This document shows positions 9,970 to 17,677 of a stretch of DNA of 56,790 nucleotides, one piece after another. This DNA is from Burkholderiales bacterium (GTDB lineage: Bacteria > Pseudomonadota > Gammaproteobacteria > Burkholderiales > SG8-39): positions 1-56,790 of the forward strand of contig DASSLQ010000107.1 of the NCBI GenBank assembly GCA_035689325.1. The letters are read 5' to 3'. Within the stretch, counting starts at the first letter, position 1. Each line of letters opens with the position of its first letter. A program made the translations under genes and the position numbers. The notes under the pieces were generated by a model. That model did no database searches and had not been told where the DNA came from. It saw only the letters and a list, made by a program, of their open reading frames with translations.

Positions 9970-10013
9970 GGCGATCCGGAAACCGGACGCTTCGCTAAGC
10001 GCCGCAAAGTTGC

Positions 10014-11639
10014 TCATATCGCCTCCGGCACCATGTCGATCGCGCCGCAGGGGCACTCGGCGGCGCACAGGCCGCAGCCCTTGCAGTAGTCGTAGTTGAA
10101 CTCGAAGCGCTTGCCGGGACCGAGCTTGATCACCGCGTTGTCCGGGCAGACGCCGTAGCAGTTGTCGCACTCGAAGCAGTTGCCGCACGAGAGGCAGCGC
10201 CGCGCCTCGAACAGCGCGTTGCGCTCGTCCAGGCCCAGCACCACTTCGTCGAACGTCGACTGGCGCCGCAGCGTGTCGAGCACCGGACGCATGGTCTTGG
10301 GCGCATCCGAGTAGTACCAGGCGTTGAGTCGCTCGTAGGCCGCCGGTGCGTGCTTGGGCGCAGGTTTGTATTCGGTGCCGCGCAGCCAGGCGTCGATGTG
10401 CCGCGCCGCCTTCTTGCCGTGGCCGATGCCGACGGTGACGGTGCGCTCGGCGGGCACCATGTCGCCGCCGGCGAAGATGCCTTCGTGACCGGTCATCATG
10501 TTCGGGCCGACCTTGACGACGCCGTCGACGACTTCGAGGCCCGGCACGTCGCGCAGCAGGCTGAAATCGATATCCTGGCCGAGCGCGAGCACCACCGTGT
10601 CGGCGGCGAGCGTCTCGAGCTCGCCGGTGGGCTGCGGATAGCCTTTTTCGTCCAGGCGCATCTTCTCCACCGTGATCGAGCCTTCGGCCGCCTGCTTGAT
10701 CGTCGAGAGCCACTTCACCATCACGCCTTCCTGCAGCGCCTCCTCGAGCTCCGAGTCATGCGCCGGCATCTTCTCGCGCGTGCGCCGGTAGACGATGAGC
10801 GCCTCCTCGGCGCCCAGGCGCTTCGCGGTGCGCGCGACGTCGAGCGCGGTGTTGCCGCCGCCGTAGACCACGACGCGGCGGCCGAGCTGCGGCTTCTCCG
10901 CGCCTTCCATCGAGCGCAGCACCGAGACTGCATCCAGGATGCGCGCCGATGAGCCGGCGGGGATGTAAGCACGCTTGCCGATATGCGCGCCGATGGCCAG
11001 GAATGCGGCGTGGAAGCGACCGTCCTTCATGCTGCCGAGGAGGTTCGTCACCTTGCGGTTGAGATGCAGCTTCACGCCCAGCTCGAGGATGCGTTTCACC
11101 TCCGCGTCGAGCACCTCGCGCGGCAGGCGGTATTTCGGGATGCCGAAGCGCATCATGCCGCCGGCGAGCGGGCCGGCTTCGTGGATCTGCACCTCATGCC
11201 CGGCGCGCGCCAGGTGATAAGCGGCCGCGAGCCCCGACGGACCGGCGCCGACGACCAGCACGCGCTTGCCGCTGCGTGCCGCCGGCGGCGCGAGTTTCCA
11301 GCCGCGCCTGATCGCCTCGTCGCCGAGGAACCGCTCGATCGAGTTGATGCCCACCGCGCTGTCGAGCGTCGCGCGGTTGCACGCGGTCTCGCACGGGTGG
11401 TAGCACACGCGGCCCATGACCGCGGGCAGCGGGTTGTCTTCCGTCAGCAAGCGCCACGCGCGCTCGTAATCGCCAGACTCGGCGTGCGCGAGCCAGCCCT
11501 GTATGTTCTCGCCCGCCGGGCAGCCGGCGTTGCATGGCGGGAGGCGATCGACGTATACCGGGCGCAGCGTGCGCCACGAGCCGGTGTGGTTGGCGAGGCT
11601 CGACCCCGGATCGAGCGTGATGGCGAAGGGCTTACGCAT
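10014..11639 (-). CDS. GltD-like NAD(P)H flavoprotein fused to a C-terminal 2x[4Fe-4S] ferredoxin (delta-subunit-like) domain
   Basis: 541 aa. Motifs CNAGCPAGENIQ and GRVCYHPCETACNR. Dinucleotide folds VLVVGAGPSGLAAA and VVVYGGGNTALDVA. Tail CLSCGNCFECDNCYGVCP...YCKGCGLCAAECPCGAI. Confidence 0.8.
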   Translation of the reverse strand: MRKPFAITLDPGSSLANHTGSWRTLRPVYVDRLPPCNAGCPAGENIQGWLAHAESGDYERAWRLLTEDNPLPAVMGRVCYHPCETACNRATLDSAVGINSIERFLGDEAIRRGWKLAPPAARSGKRVLVVGAGPSGLAAAYHLARAGHEVQIHEAGPLAGGMMRFGIPKYRLPREVLDAEVKRILELGVKLHLNRKVTNLLGSMKDGRFHAAFLAIGAHIGKRAYIPAGSSARILDAVSVLRSMEGAEKPQLGRRVVVYGGGNTALDVARTAKRLGAEEALIVYRRTREKMPAHDSELEEALQEGVMVKWLSTIKQAAEGSITVEKMRLDEKGYPQPTGELETLAADTVVLALGQDIDFSLLRDVPGLEVVDGVVKVGPNMMTGHEGIFAGGDMVPAERTVTVGIGHGKKAARHIDAWLRGTEYKPAPKHAPAAYERLNAWYYSDAPKTMRPVLDTLRRQSTFDEVVLGLDERNALFEARRCLSCGNCFECDNCYGVCPDNAVIKLGPGKRFEFNYDYCKGCGLCAAECPCGAIDMVPEAI

Positions 11640-12609
11640 CGAGCAATCCGTACTTGCGGATGTTGCGGTCGGCGATCTCCTGGATGCGCATGATCGCTTC
11701 GACCTTTACCTCCGGCGAGAAGAGATGCGCGAAGCGCCGCTGCGGCCGCAGATAGTCCTCCACCGCTCGTTTGCGGCGAATCTTGGAAACGCTCACCACT
11801 TCGCCCTGCTCCGCCTCGTACACCGGAAAAAGCCCGGTCTCCTTGGCGAGGCGAGCGATCTGCACGCTCGCTTCCGACGGGTGTCCCCAGCCGAGCGGGC
11901 ACGAGACGAAGATGTGGATGTAGCGCGCGCCGCGGAATTCCATCGCGCGGCGCACCTTGGCCTCGAGGTCGTGCAGCTCGGCGATGGTCGCCGTTGCGAC
12001 GTACGGAATGCCATGGGCGATGGCGATGGCAGGCACGTTCTTGCCCTGCCCGAATGCATTGCCGGCGGAAGTGGTGGCGGTGCGCGCGGCCGGCGGCGTG
12101 GCCGATGAGCGCTGCACGCCGGTGTTCATGTACGCCTCGTTGTCGTAGCAGATGTAGAGCACGTCGTCGTTGCGCTCGAACATCCCCGATAGGCAGCCGA
12201 AGCCGATGTCGGTGGTGCCGCCATCGCCGCCCTGCGCGACGACGCGCACGTCGTGGCGGCCCTTCACCTTCATCGCCGCCGCGATGCCGGTCGCTACCGC
12301 TGCGGCGTTGCCGAAGAGCGAATGGATCCACGGGATCTGCCAGGACGTCTCCGGGTACGGAGTGGAGAACACTTCCAGGCAGCCGGTAGCGTTGGCGGCA
12401 ATGAGCTGGCGCCCGGTGGCCTGCATCGCCGCATCGAGCGCGTAGCGCGCGCCGAGCGCTTCGCCGCAGCCCTGGCAGGCGCGGTGGCCGGAGTTGAGCG
12501 AGTTCGTGCGGCGCAAGTCCGACTGCACGGCGCGCAGCTCCTCGGGCAGCAGCCGGTTGCCCACCGTGAAGGTGCCGGTCTGGTAGTACTTAACGGGCTG
12601 GAACGCCAT
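11632..12609 (-). CDS. porB: 2-oxoacid (pyruvate-type):ferredoxin oxidoreductase beta (TPP) subunit
   Basis: 325 aa. Motifs GHRACQGCGEALGARY, GGDGGTTDIGFGCLSG, YDNEAYMNTGVQRS. Confidence 0.8.
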   Translation of the reverse strand: MAFQPVKYYQTGTFTVGNRLLPEELRAVQSDLRRTNSLNSGHRACQGCGEALGARYALDAAMQATGRQLIAANATGCLEVFSTPYPETSWQIPWIHSLFGNAAAVATGIAAAMKVKGRHDVRVVAQGGDGGTTDIGFGCLSGMFERNDDVLYICYDNEAYMNTGVQRSSATPPAARTATTSAGNAFGQGKNVPAIAIAHGIPYVATATIAELHDLEAKVRRAMEFRGARYIHIFVSCPLGWGHPSEASVQIARLAKETGLFPVYEAEQGEVVSVSKIRRKRAVEDYLRPQRRFAHLFSPEVKVEAIMRIQEIADRNIRKYGLLDA

Positions 12610-13837
12610 GGCGCTCCTTCAGTACCTGCTCGGCCAGCGGGCCGCTGCGACGCACTTCGGCTTCGCGCGCGAGCACGCGCTCGACCAGCGGCGCGTCGAG
12701 GTCGAGGAATGTGGTGAGGCGCAGCTCGTCGCGCATGCCGTCGGCGAAAACGCGCGCCAGCGCGTTCTTGGTGATCGGGCGGCCGCCGAGTCCGGCAATC
12801 ACGTCGTAGACCGGCACGGCGCGGCCCGAGAGCGTGGTGCGCACGTTGGTCGAGACGATGCCGCCGACGCCGACCGCGAGGCTCTTCTCGACCACGATGA
12901 CGCGCTTCGCGCCCTCGAGCAGCCAGCGCATTTCGGTAAGCGGCCACGGCCGGAAGCACGACACGCCCAGCACTCCGATTCGTTCTCCTTTGGCGCGCAG
13001 CTCGTCGACCGTGTCCTTGATCGTGCCAAGCACCGAGCCGAGCGCAATCACGACGGTCTCAGCGCCCTCGAGCTGGTAGGCGCGCGCGAGACCGCCCGCA
13101 TCGCGGCCGAAAGCGCGGCGGAATTCGCTCGCCCATGCCGGAATCAGGTCGAGCGCGTGCATCTGCTTGGCGTGCGCGAGATAGCGCACCTCGGTGAACG
13201 CCTCCGGCCCGACCATCGCGCCGATCGACACCGGCTCGCGCGGGTCGAGCACCTGGCGCGGCGCGAACGGCGGCAGGAAGGCGTCGACTTGCTTCTGCGT
13301 CGGCAGGTCCACGCGCTCGTAGGCATGCGTGAGGATGAAGCCGTCCATGCACACCATCACCGGCAGCGACAGCTCCTCGGCGAGGCGGAACGCCTGGATG
13401 TGCAGGTCGAGCGCCTCCTGGTTGTTCTCGGCGAACAGCTGGATCCAGCCGCAGTCGCGCTGCGACATGGCGTCGGTGTGGTCGTTCCAGATGTTGATCG
13501 GCGCGCCGATGGCGCGGTTCGCGACCGTCATCACGATCGGCAGGCCCAGGCCGGAAGCGTTGAAGAGCGCTTCCGCCATGTACAGCAGGCCCTGCGATGC
13601 GGTCGCCGTGTAGGCGCGCGCGCCGGCCGCGGAGGCGCCAATCGCCACCGACATCGCGGCGAACTCCGACTCGACGTTGATGAACTCGCACGGCGCGAGC
13701 TTGCCCTCGGCGACGATCTCGCCGAGCGCCTCGACGATGTGCGTCTGCGGCGAGATCGGGTAGGCGCAGATCACTTCGGGCCGGCAGAGCGCGATCGCCT
13801 CGGCGACCGCGCGCGAGCCTTCAAGCTGTTTCAGCAT
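12590..13837 (-). CDS. porA: 2-oxoacid:ferredoxin oxidoreductase alpha subunit
   Basis: 415 aa. Motifs GSRAVAEAIALCRPEVICAYPISPQTHIVE and TATASQGLLYMAE. Confidence 0.8.
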   Translation of the reverse strand: MLKQLEGSRAVAEAIALCRPEVICAYPISPQTHIVEALGEIVAEGKLAPCEFINVESEFAAMSVAIGASAAGARAYTATASQGLLYMAEALFNASGLGLPIVMTVANRAIGAPINIWNDHTDAMSQRDCGWIQLFAENNQEALDLHIQAFRLAEELSLPVMVCMDGFILTHAYERVDLPTQKQVDAFLPPFAPRQVLDPREPVSIGAMVGPEAFTEVRYLAHAKQMHALDLIPAWASEFRRAFGRDAGGLARAYQLEGAETVVIALGSVLGTIKDTVDELRAKGERIGVLGVSCFRPWPLTEMRWLLEGAKRVIVVEKSLAVGVGGIVSTNVRTTLSGRAVPVYDVIAGLGGRPITKNALARVFADGMRDELRLTTFLDLDAPLVERVLAREAEVRRSGPLAEQVLKERHGVPAR

Positions 13838-14381
13838 GTGCGAGCTTCCCGTAGGCCGCGCGCGCGGCGCCGATGTTGGCGAGCGCCACCTTGCCTGTGA
13901 ACTTCTCCTGGATGGCGCCCATCACCGCGTCGAGCGAGACCGCTCCCGAGAATGCGGCAAAGGCCCCGAGCAGCGCGGCATTGGGCACCGGCCGACCGAT
14001 GAACTTGAGCGCGAGCTCCGTCGCCGGCACGGTGCAGGTGCGGTACTTGCCCACCAGCTCGCCCAGGCCGAGCTCGGCGAAGCTGCGTGAGGTGTTGATG
14101 AGAATGTAGCCCTTCGGCGCGATGCCGGCGAAGAGATCGACCTGGTGCAGCAGCGTCGGGTCCTGGATGATGAGCGCGTCGGGCGCGAGGATCGGCTCGC
14201 GCACGCGGATCTCCTTGTCGTCGATGCGGCAGTACGCGACGACCGGCGCGCCGGTGCGCTCGGAGCCGAAGCTCGGGAACGCCTGCGCGTGCTTGCCCTG
14301 GCGGAAGGCGGCGATGGAAAGCATCTCGGCGGCGGTCACTACGCCCTGGCCGCCGCGGCCGTGAATGCGCACCTGGAACAT
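13821..14381 (-). CDS. porG: 2-oxoacid:ferredoxin oxidoreductase gamma subunit
   Basis: 186 aa. MFQVRIHGRGGQGVVTAAEML and FPSFGSERTGAPV are typical gamma-subunit motifs. Confidence 0.8.
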   Translation of the reverse strand: MFQVRIHGRGGQGVVTAAEMLSIAAFRQGKHAQAFPSFGSERTGAPVVAYCRIDDKEIRVREPILAPDALIIQDPTLLHQVDLFAGIAPKGYILINTSRSFAELGLGELVGKYRTCTVPATELALKFIGRPVPNAALLGAFAAFSGAVSLDAVMGAIQEKFTGKVALANIGAARAAYGKLAHAETA

Positions 14382-14414
14382 GAGCCCAGTATCGCGGCCC
14401 GCCCCGGGCTGCCT

Positions 14415-14428
14415 TTGATTTACGTCAA
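14415..14428. promoter_or_regulatory. Crp/Fnr-type box TTGATTTACGTCAA upstream of the por operon
   Basis: Exact TTGA-N6-TCAA. Centre about 40 bp upstream of the porG ATG (14381). Overlaps the lutC stop codon. Confidence 0.6.
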
Positions 14429-14973
14429 CAGGCGATGACGGTGAGGCTGCGGATGCCCTGCGCGCCGCGCACCAGGATGCCTTCGATGTCGGCCGTCGCC
14501 GACGGGCCGGTCATGAGTACCGCGTAGCGCGCTTCGCGAAAGCCCGGCTGCCGATACGCATGGTGCAGATTGGCGACGATGGCTTTCGGGTCAAGCAGCA
14601 CGACGAGGTGCTGCGGCAGGAAGCCGAGCGCGTTCACCTCGAACTCCGCCTCGGACAACCAGACGGAGCCGGTCTCCGCCACGCCAAAACGCGCGCGCAC
14701 GACGCCGAGGTCGACGTCGGCGAGCGCCTTCGGGTCGTCGGGCAGCGGACGGTTCCCCGCCACTTCCGGCGTCGCCGAGCAGATCACGCGCGCGTGGGGA
14801 AACTTCGCGCGGATCAGCGCGGCGGGCTCGCCCTGCAGGAATTCGCCGCCCATGCGCTCCAGGTTGGTCTTGAAGTCGTGCACCACGCCGTCGAAGAGCG
14901 GCACTTCCGGCAGTGCGACCGCCGGCGGCTGGTTGCGGCGCACGCGCGCCAGGATGTCGTCCCGGTTGTTCAT
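14425..14973 (-). CDS. lutC: Lactate utilization protein C
   Basis: ATG at 14973 inside track ORF 14425..15993 (MNNRDDILARVR...). 182 aa, LUD-domain pattern. ATGA overlap with the lutB stop. Confidence 0.75.
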   Translation of the reverse strand: MNNRDDILARVRRNQPPAVALPEVPLFDGVVHDFKTNLERMGGEFLQGEPAALIRAKFPHARVICSATPEVAGNRPLPDDPKALADVDLGVVRARFGVAETGSVWLSEAEFEVNALGFLPQHLVVLLDPKAIVANLHHAYRQPGFREARYAVLMTGPSATADIEGILVRGAQGIRSLTVIAC

Positions 14974-16337
14974 CGGTGCTTGAGATACCACTCGCGGAAC
15001 GATTGCTTGGGCGCCTTGGGCACTTCGCGCTGCCGGCCCCAGGCGTTGAGCGGGTTGTAGATCATCGAGCGTGGCAGATGGTCGAGGCCGGCCTGCGCCG
15101 CCTTCACTGCCAGGCGATAGAGCTTCGGGCTCGCGAGCACCTTGCCCGCCATGCGCATCGCCTCCTGCTTCACCATGGGGAGCTGGCCGCGCTCGGCGAT
15201 CACCTGGCGCCAGCGGTAGATCTGGTCGTGGATGTCGATCTTCACCGGACAGACGGCGGTGCAGCTGCCGTTCAGCGTCGAGGCGAAGGGAAGCGCGCTG
15301 TACTTGCGCAGGTTGAACGTCGGATCGATGATCACGCCGATCGGCCCGGAGTAAGTCGCGCCGTAGGAGAGGCCGCCGCTGCGGCGGTACACCGGGCAGG
15401 TGTTCATGCAGGCGCCGCAGCGGATGCACTTCAGCGAGCGCCAGAAGCCGTCCATCCCCAGCCGCTCGGAGCGGCCGTTGTCCACGAGCACGACATGGAT
15501 CTCCGTGCCCGGACGCGGCGCACGGAAGTGCGAAGTGATCTGCGTGATCGGCGAGCCGAGCGCGCTGCGCGACAGCATGCGCACGAAGACGCCGAGATCC
15601 GCGAGGCGCGGAATCAGCTTCTCGATGCCGATCGAGGCGATGTGCAGCTTCGGCAGGTTGGCGCTGAGATCGGCGTTGCCTTCGTTGGTGCAGACGACGA
15701 AGCTGCCGGTCTCGGCCACCGCGAAGTTCGCGCCGGTCATGCCGGCGCCGGCTTTGAGGTAATACGGGCGCGTATGCTGCCGCTGGCTTTCCGCGAGATA
15801 CGGCACATCGCTCTTCCTCGCGTCCGTGCCGATCGTGCGCGAAAAGACCTGCGCGACGTCGCCGCGCAGCTTGTGCACGGCCGGCACCACGATGTGGCTC
15901 GGCGGCTCGTCGTCGAGCTGCTGGATGCGCTCGCCGAGGTCGGTTTCGATGATCTGGATGCCGCGCGTCTCCAGGAACGGCCGCATCTCGCACTCGTCCG
16001 TCAGCATCGACTTGCTCTTCACCAGCACGGTGGCGCCGTGGCTGCGCAGCAGCTGGTAGACGATCTGGTTGTGCTCGGCGGCATCGAGCGCCCAGTGCAC
16101 CTGCATGCCGTTGGCAATCGCGTTACGCTCGAACTGCTCCAGGTAGTCGCCGAGATGCGACAGCGTGTGCTCCTTGATGCTCGATGCGAGCGTGCGCAGC
16201 TCCTCCCATTCCGGAATCGCCTCGGCTTCGCGGTCGCGCTTCTGCCGCAGGTCCCACAGGCGCTTGTCGTGGAACTCGACGTGCTCCCTCGCGGCAATGA
16301 AGCGCGAGGAGGCTTCGGCGTGATCGACGCGCTTCAT
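14970..16337 (-). CDS. lutB: Lactate utilization iron-sulfur protein B
   Basis: ATG at 16337 (MKRVDHAEASSRF...). 455 aa. Motifs CIRCGACMNTCPVY and NGSCTAVCPVKIDI. Confidence 0.8.
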   Translation of the reverse strand: MKRVDHAEASSRFIAAREHVEFHDKRLWDLRQKRDREAEAIPEWEELRTLASSIKEHTLSHLGDYLEQFERNAIANGMQVHWALDAAEHNQIVYQLLRSHGATVLVKSKSMLTDECEMRPFLETRGIQIIETDLGERIQQLDDEPPSHIVVPAVHKLRGDVAQVFSRTIGTDARKSDVPYLAESQRQHTRPYYLKAGAGMTGANFAVAETGSFVVCTNEGNADLSANLPKLHIASIGIEKLIPRLADLGVFVRMLSRSALGSPITQITSHFRAPRPGTEIHVVLVDNGRSERLGMDGFWRSLKCIRCGACMNTCPVYRRSGGLSYGATYSGPIGVIIDPTFNLRKYSALPFASTLNGSCTAVCPVKIDIHDQIYRWRQVIAERGQLPMVKQEAMRMAGKVLASPKLYRLAVKAAQAGLDHLPRSMIYNPLNAWGRQREVPKAPKQSFREWYLKHR

Positions 16338-17077
16338 GCGCGCGCGCCGTTCAGTACCTGTGCGATGTGGATGAACTTGAGCGGCAGGGCGAGACGCTCG
16401 GCGCAGCCCTTCTGGTGCATGAGGCAGGACGGATCCGGCGTGACGATGTACTCGGCGCCCGCGCCATGGTGATCGCGCACCTTGTCCTGTCCCATGCGTG
16501 CCGACACCGGCTCCTCGGTCACCGAGAAGGTGCCGCCGAAGCCGCAGCACTCGTCGACGCGCGCAGGCTTTACCACTTGCACGCCCTTCACCGCCGAGAG
16601 CAGTGCGAGCGGCTTCGAGTGTCGGGCGCCGGCGATCTCCGAGGTGCTGGCTTCGCCCAGCCCGCGCAGCGTCGCGCAGCCGATGTGCAGGCCCACCTTG
16701 TGCGGAAATTTTGCCCAGGGGAACTCGCTCACCCTGAGCACGTCGTGCAGGAACTCGCACAGCTCGAAGGTGCTCGCGCGCAGCTTCGCGACCTCCGGCG
16801 TCTGCTCGATGGCGGTGAGATGCTGGCGCACATGGTGCGCACAGCTGCCCGAAGGCGTAACGACGTAGTCGAGCTTGCGGAAGTTGCGCGCGAAGAGCCG
16901 CTCGACCGGCGCCGCGTCGGCGTGGCAGCCGGAGTTGGCCAGCGGCTGCCCGCAGCAGGTCTGGTCGAGCGGGTAATGCACGGCGAGCCCGAGCCGCTCG
17001 AGCAGCTCGAGCGTCGCGACGCCGATCTCAGGAAAGAACGCGTCGACGTAGCATGGGATGAAGAGCCCGATCTTCAA
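16334..17077 (-). CDS. lutA: Lactate utilization protein A (Fe-S oxidoreductase, CCG domains)
   Basis: TTG start at 17077 gives (M)KIGLFIPCYVDAFFPEIGVATLELLERLGL..CCGQPLANSG, collinear with B. subtilis LutA / E. coli YkgE. TTGA overlap with the hemerythrin gene stop. Confidence 0.75.
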   Translation of the reverse strand: MKIGLFIPCYVDAFFPEIGVATLELLERLGLAVHYPLDQTCCGQPLANSGCHADAAPVERLFARNFRKLDYVVTPSGSCAHHVRQHLTAIEQTPEVAKLRASTFELCEFLHDVLRVSEFPWAKFPHKVGLHIGCATLRGLGEASTSEIAGARHSKPLALLSAVKGVQVVKPARVDECCGFGGTFSVTEEPVSARMGQDKVRDHHGAGAEYIVTPDPSCLMHQKGCAERLALPLKFIHIAQVLNGARA

Positions 17078-17622
17078 TGCGTGCCGGCCGCGATGTGCCG
17101 GCGCAGCGCGCGGTAACGCTCCTCGGGCCGCTCGCCGAACACCGGATCCGGGACGCTGCCGACCGCCGACTTCACGGCCTGCCAGTCCTCCGGCCCGAGC
17201 AGCGCCGCCGCGCGCGGCAGCACGACCTCGTCTTCCCTCGCGAGATGGTTGGCGTAGTAAACGAGATAGGTCGCGGCGGCGACCTCGACGTCGCTCCTCG
17301 CGATCATCGAGCCGTTCAGGATCGACTCGATGTGCTCGCGCAGCTTTTCGCCCGCGCGCGCGATGATGCGATGCTCCTGTATGAGACGCGCGAGATCGAG
17401 GCTGAGATCCGGACAGCGCTTGGCGAGGCGCGCGAACGCCACGTCCTCGCGCGGATGGTGATACTGGTCGGTGTACTCGCGCAGGTACGAGACGATGTCG
17501 AGCATCAGCTCGTAGTTGGGCCGCTCGCCGCGGTGGAAGCAGTCCAGCTCCTTCTGCAGGAGCTCGAGCAGGCGGCGGAAGTAGACGTGCTCGGTATGCC
17601 ACATCGCAAGGGGTCCGCTCAT
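17074..17622 (-). CDS. Hemerythrin (HHE cation-binding) domain protein
   Basis: 182 aa. Motifs W.TEHVYF, DQYHHPREDVAF, IQEHR, YYANHLAREDEV; His/Glu spacing typical of hemerythrin-like domains. Confidence 0.7.
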   Translation of the reverse strand: MSGPLAMWHTEHVYFRRLLELLQKELDCFHRGERPNYELMLDIVSYLREYTDQYHHPREDVAFARLAKRCPDLSLDLARLIQEHRIIARAGEKLREHIESILNGSMIARSDVEVAAATYLVYYANHLAREDEVVLPRAAALLGPEDWQAVKSAVGSVPDPVFGERPEERYRALRRHIAAGTH

Positions 17623-17656
17623 GACTCGTTTGTACCGGCTGGCCGGGCCACGCCTA

Positions 17657-17670
17657 ATGACCTAGATCAA
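17657..17670. promoter_or_regulatory. Near-consensus Crp/Fnr-type box ATGACCTAGATCAA upstream of hemerythrin-lutABC
   Basis: One mismatch to TTGA-N6-TCAA. Centre about 41 bp upstream of the ATG at 17622. Confidence 0.45.
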
Positions 17671-17677
17671 ATCGCGC

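Noticed and set aside
9901-10013. Possible feoA or other small ORF, and the A9 homopolymer as a phase-variation tract upstream of feoB.
   Set aside because: The gap is too short for FeoA, and no ORF with a start and SD sequence was found. The A9 run reads as a U-tract after a hairpin on the coding (minus) strand, so a terminator is the simpler explanation.
14425-15993. Long N-terminal extensions in track ORFs, for example 14425..15993, 16334..17602, 17678..19546, 25113..26111, 3104..4279, 36180..38729, 39738..40796, 42304..43728 and 43518..44396.
   Set aside because: The extensions are Arg/Pro-rich and overlap the upstream gene in another frame. Internal starts give N-termini collinear with known families, signal peptides or SD sequences, and 4-nt stop/start overlaps.
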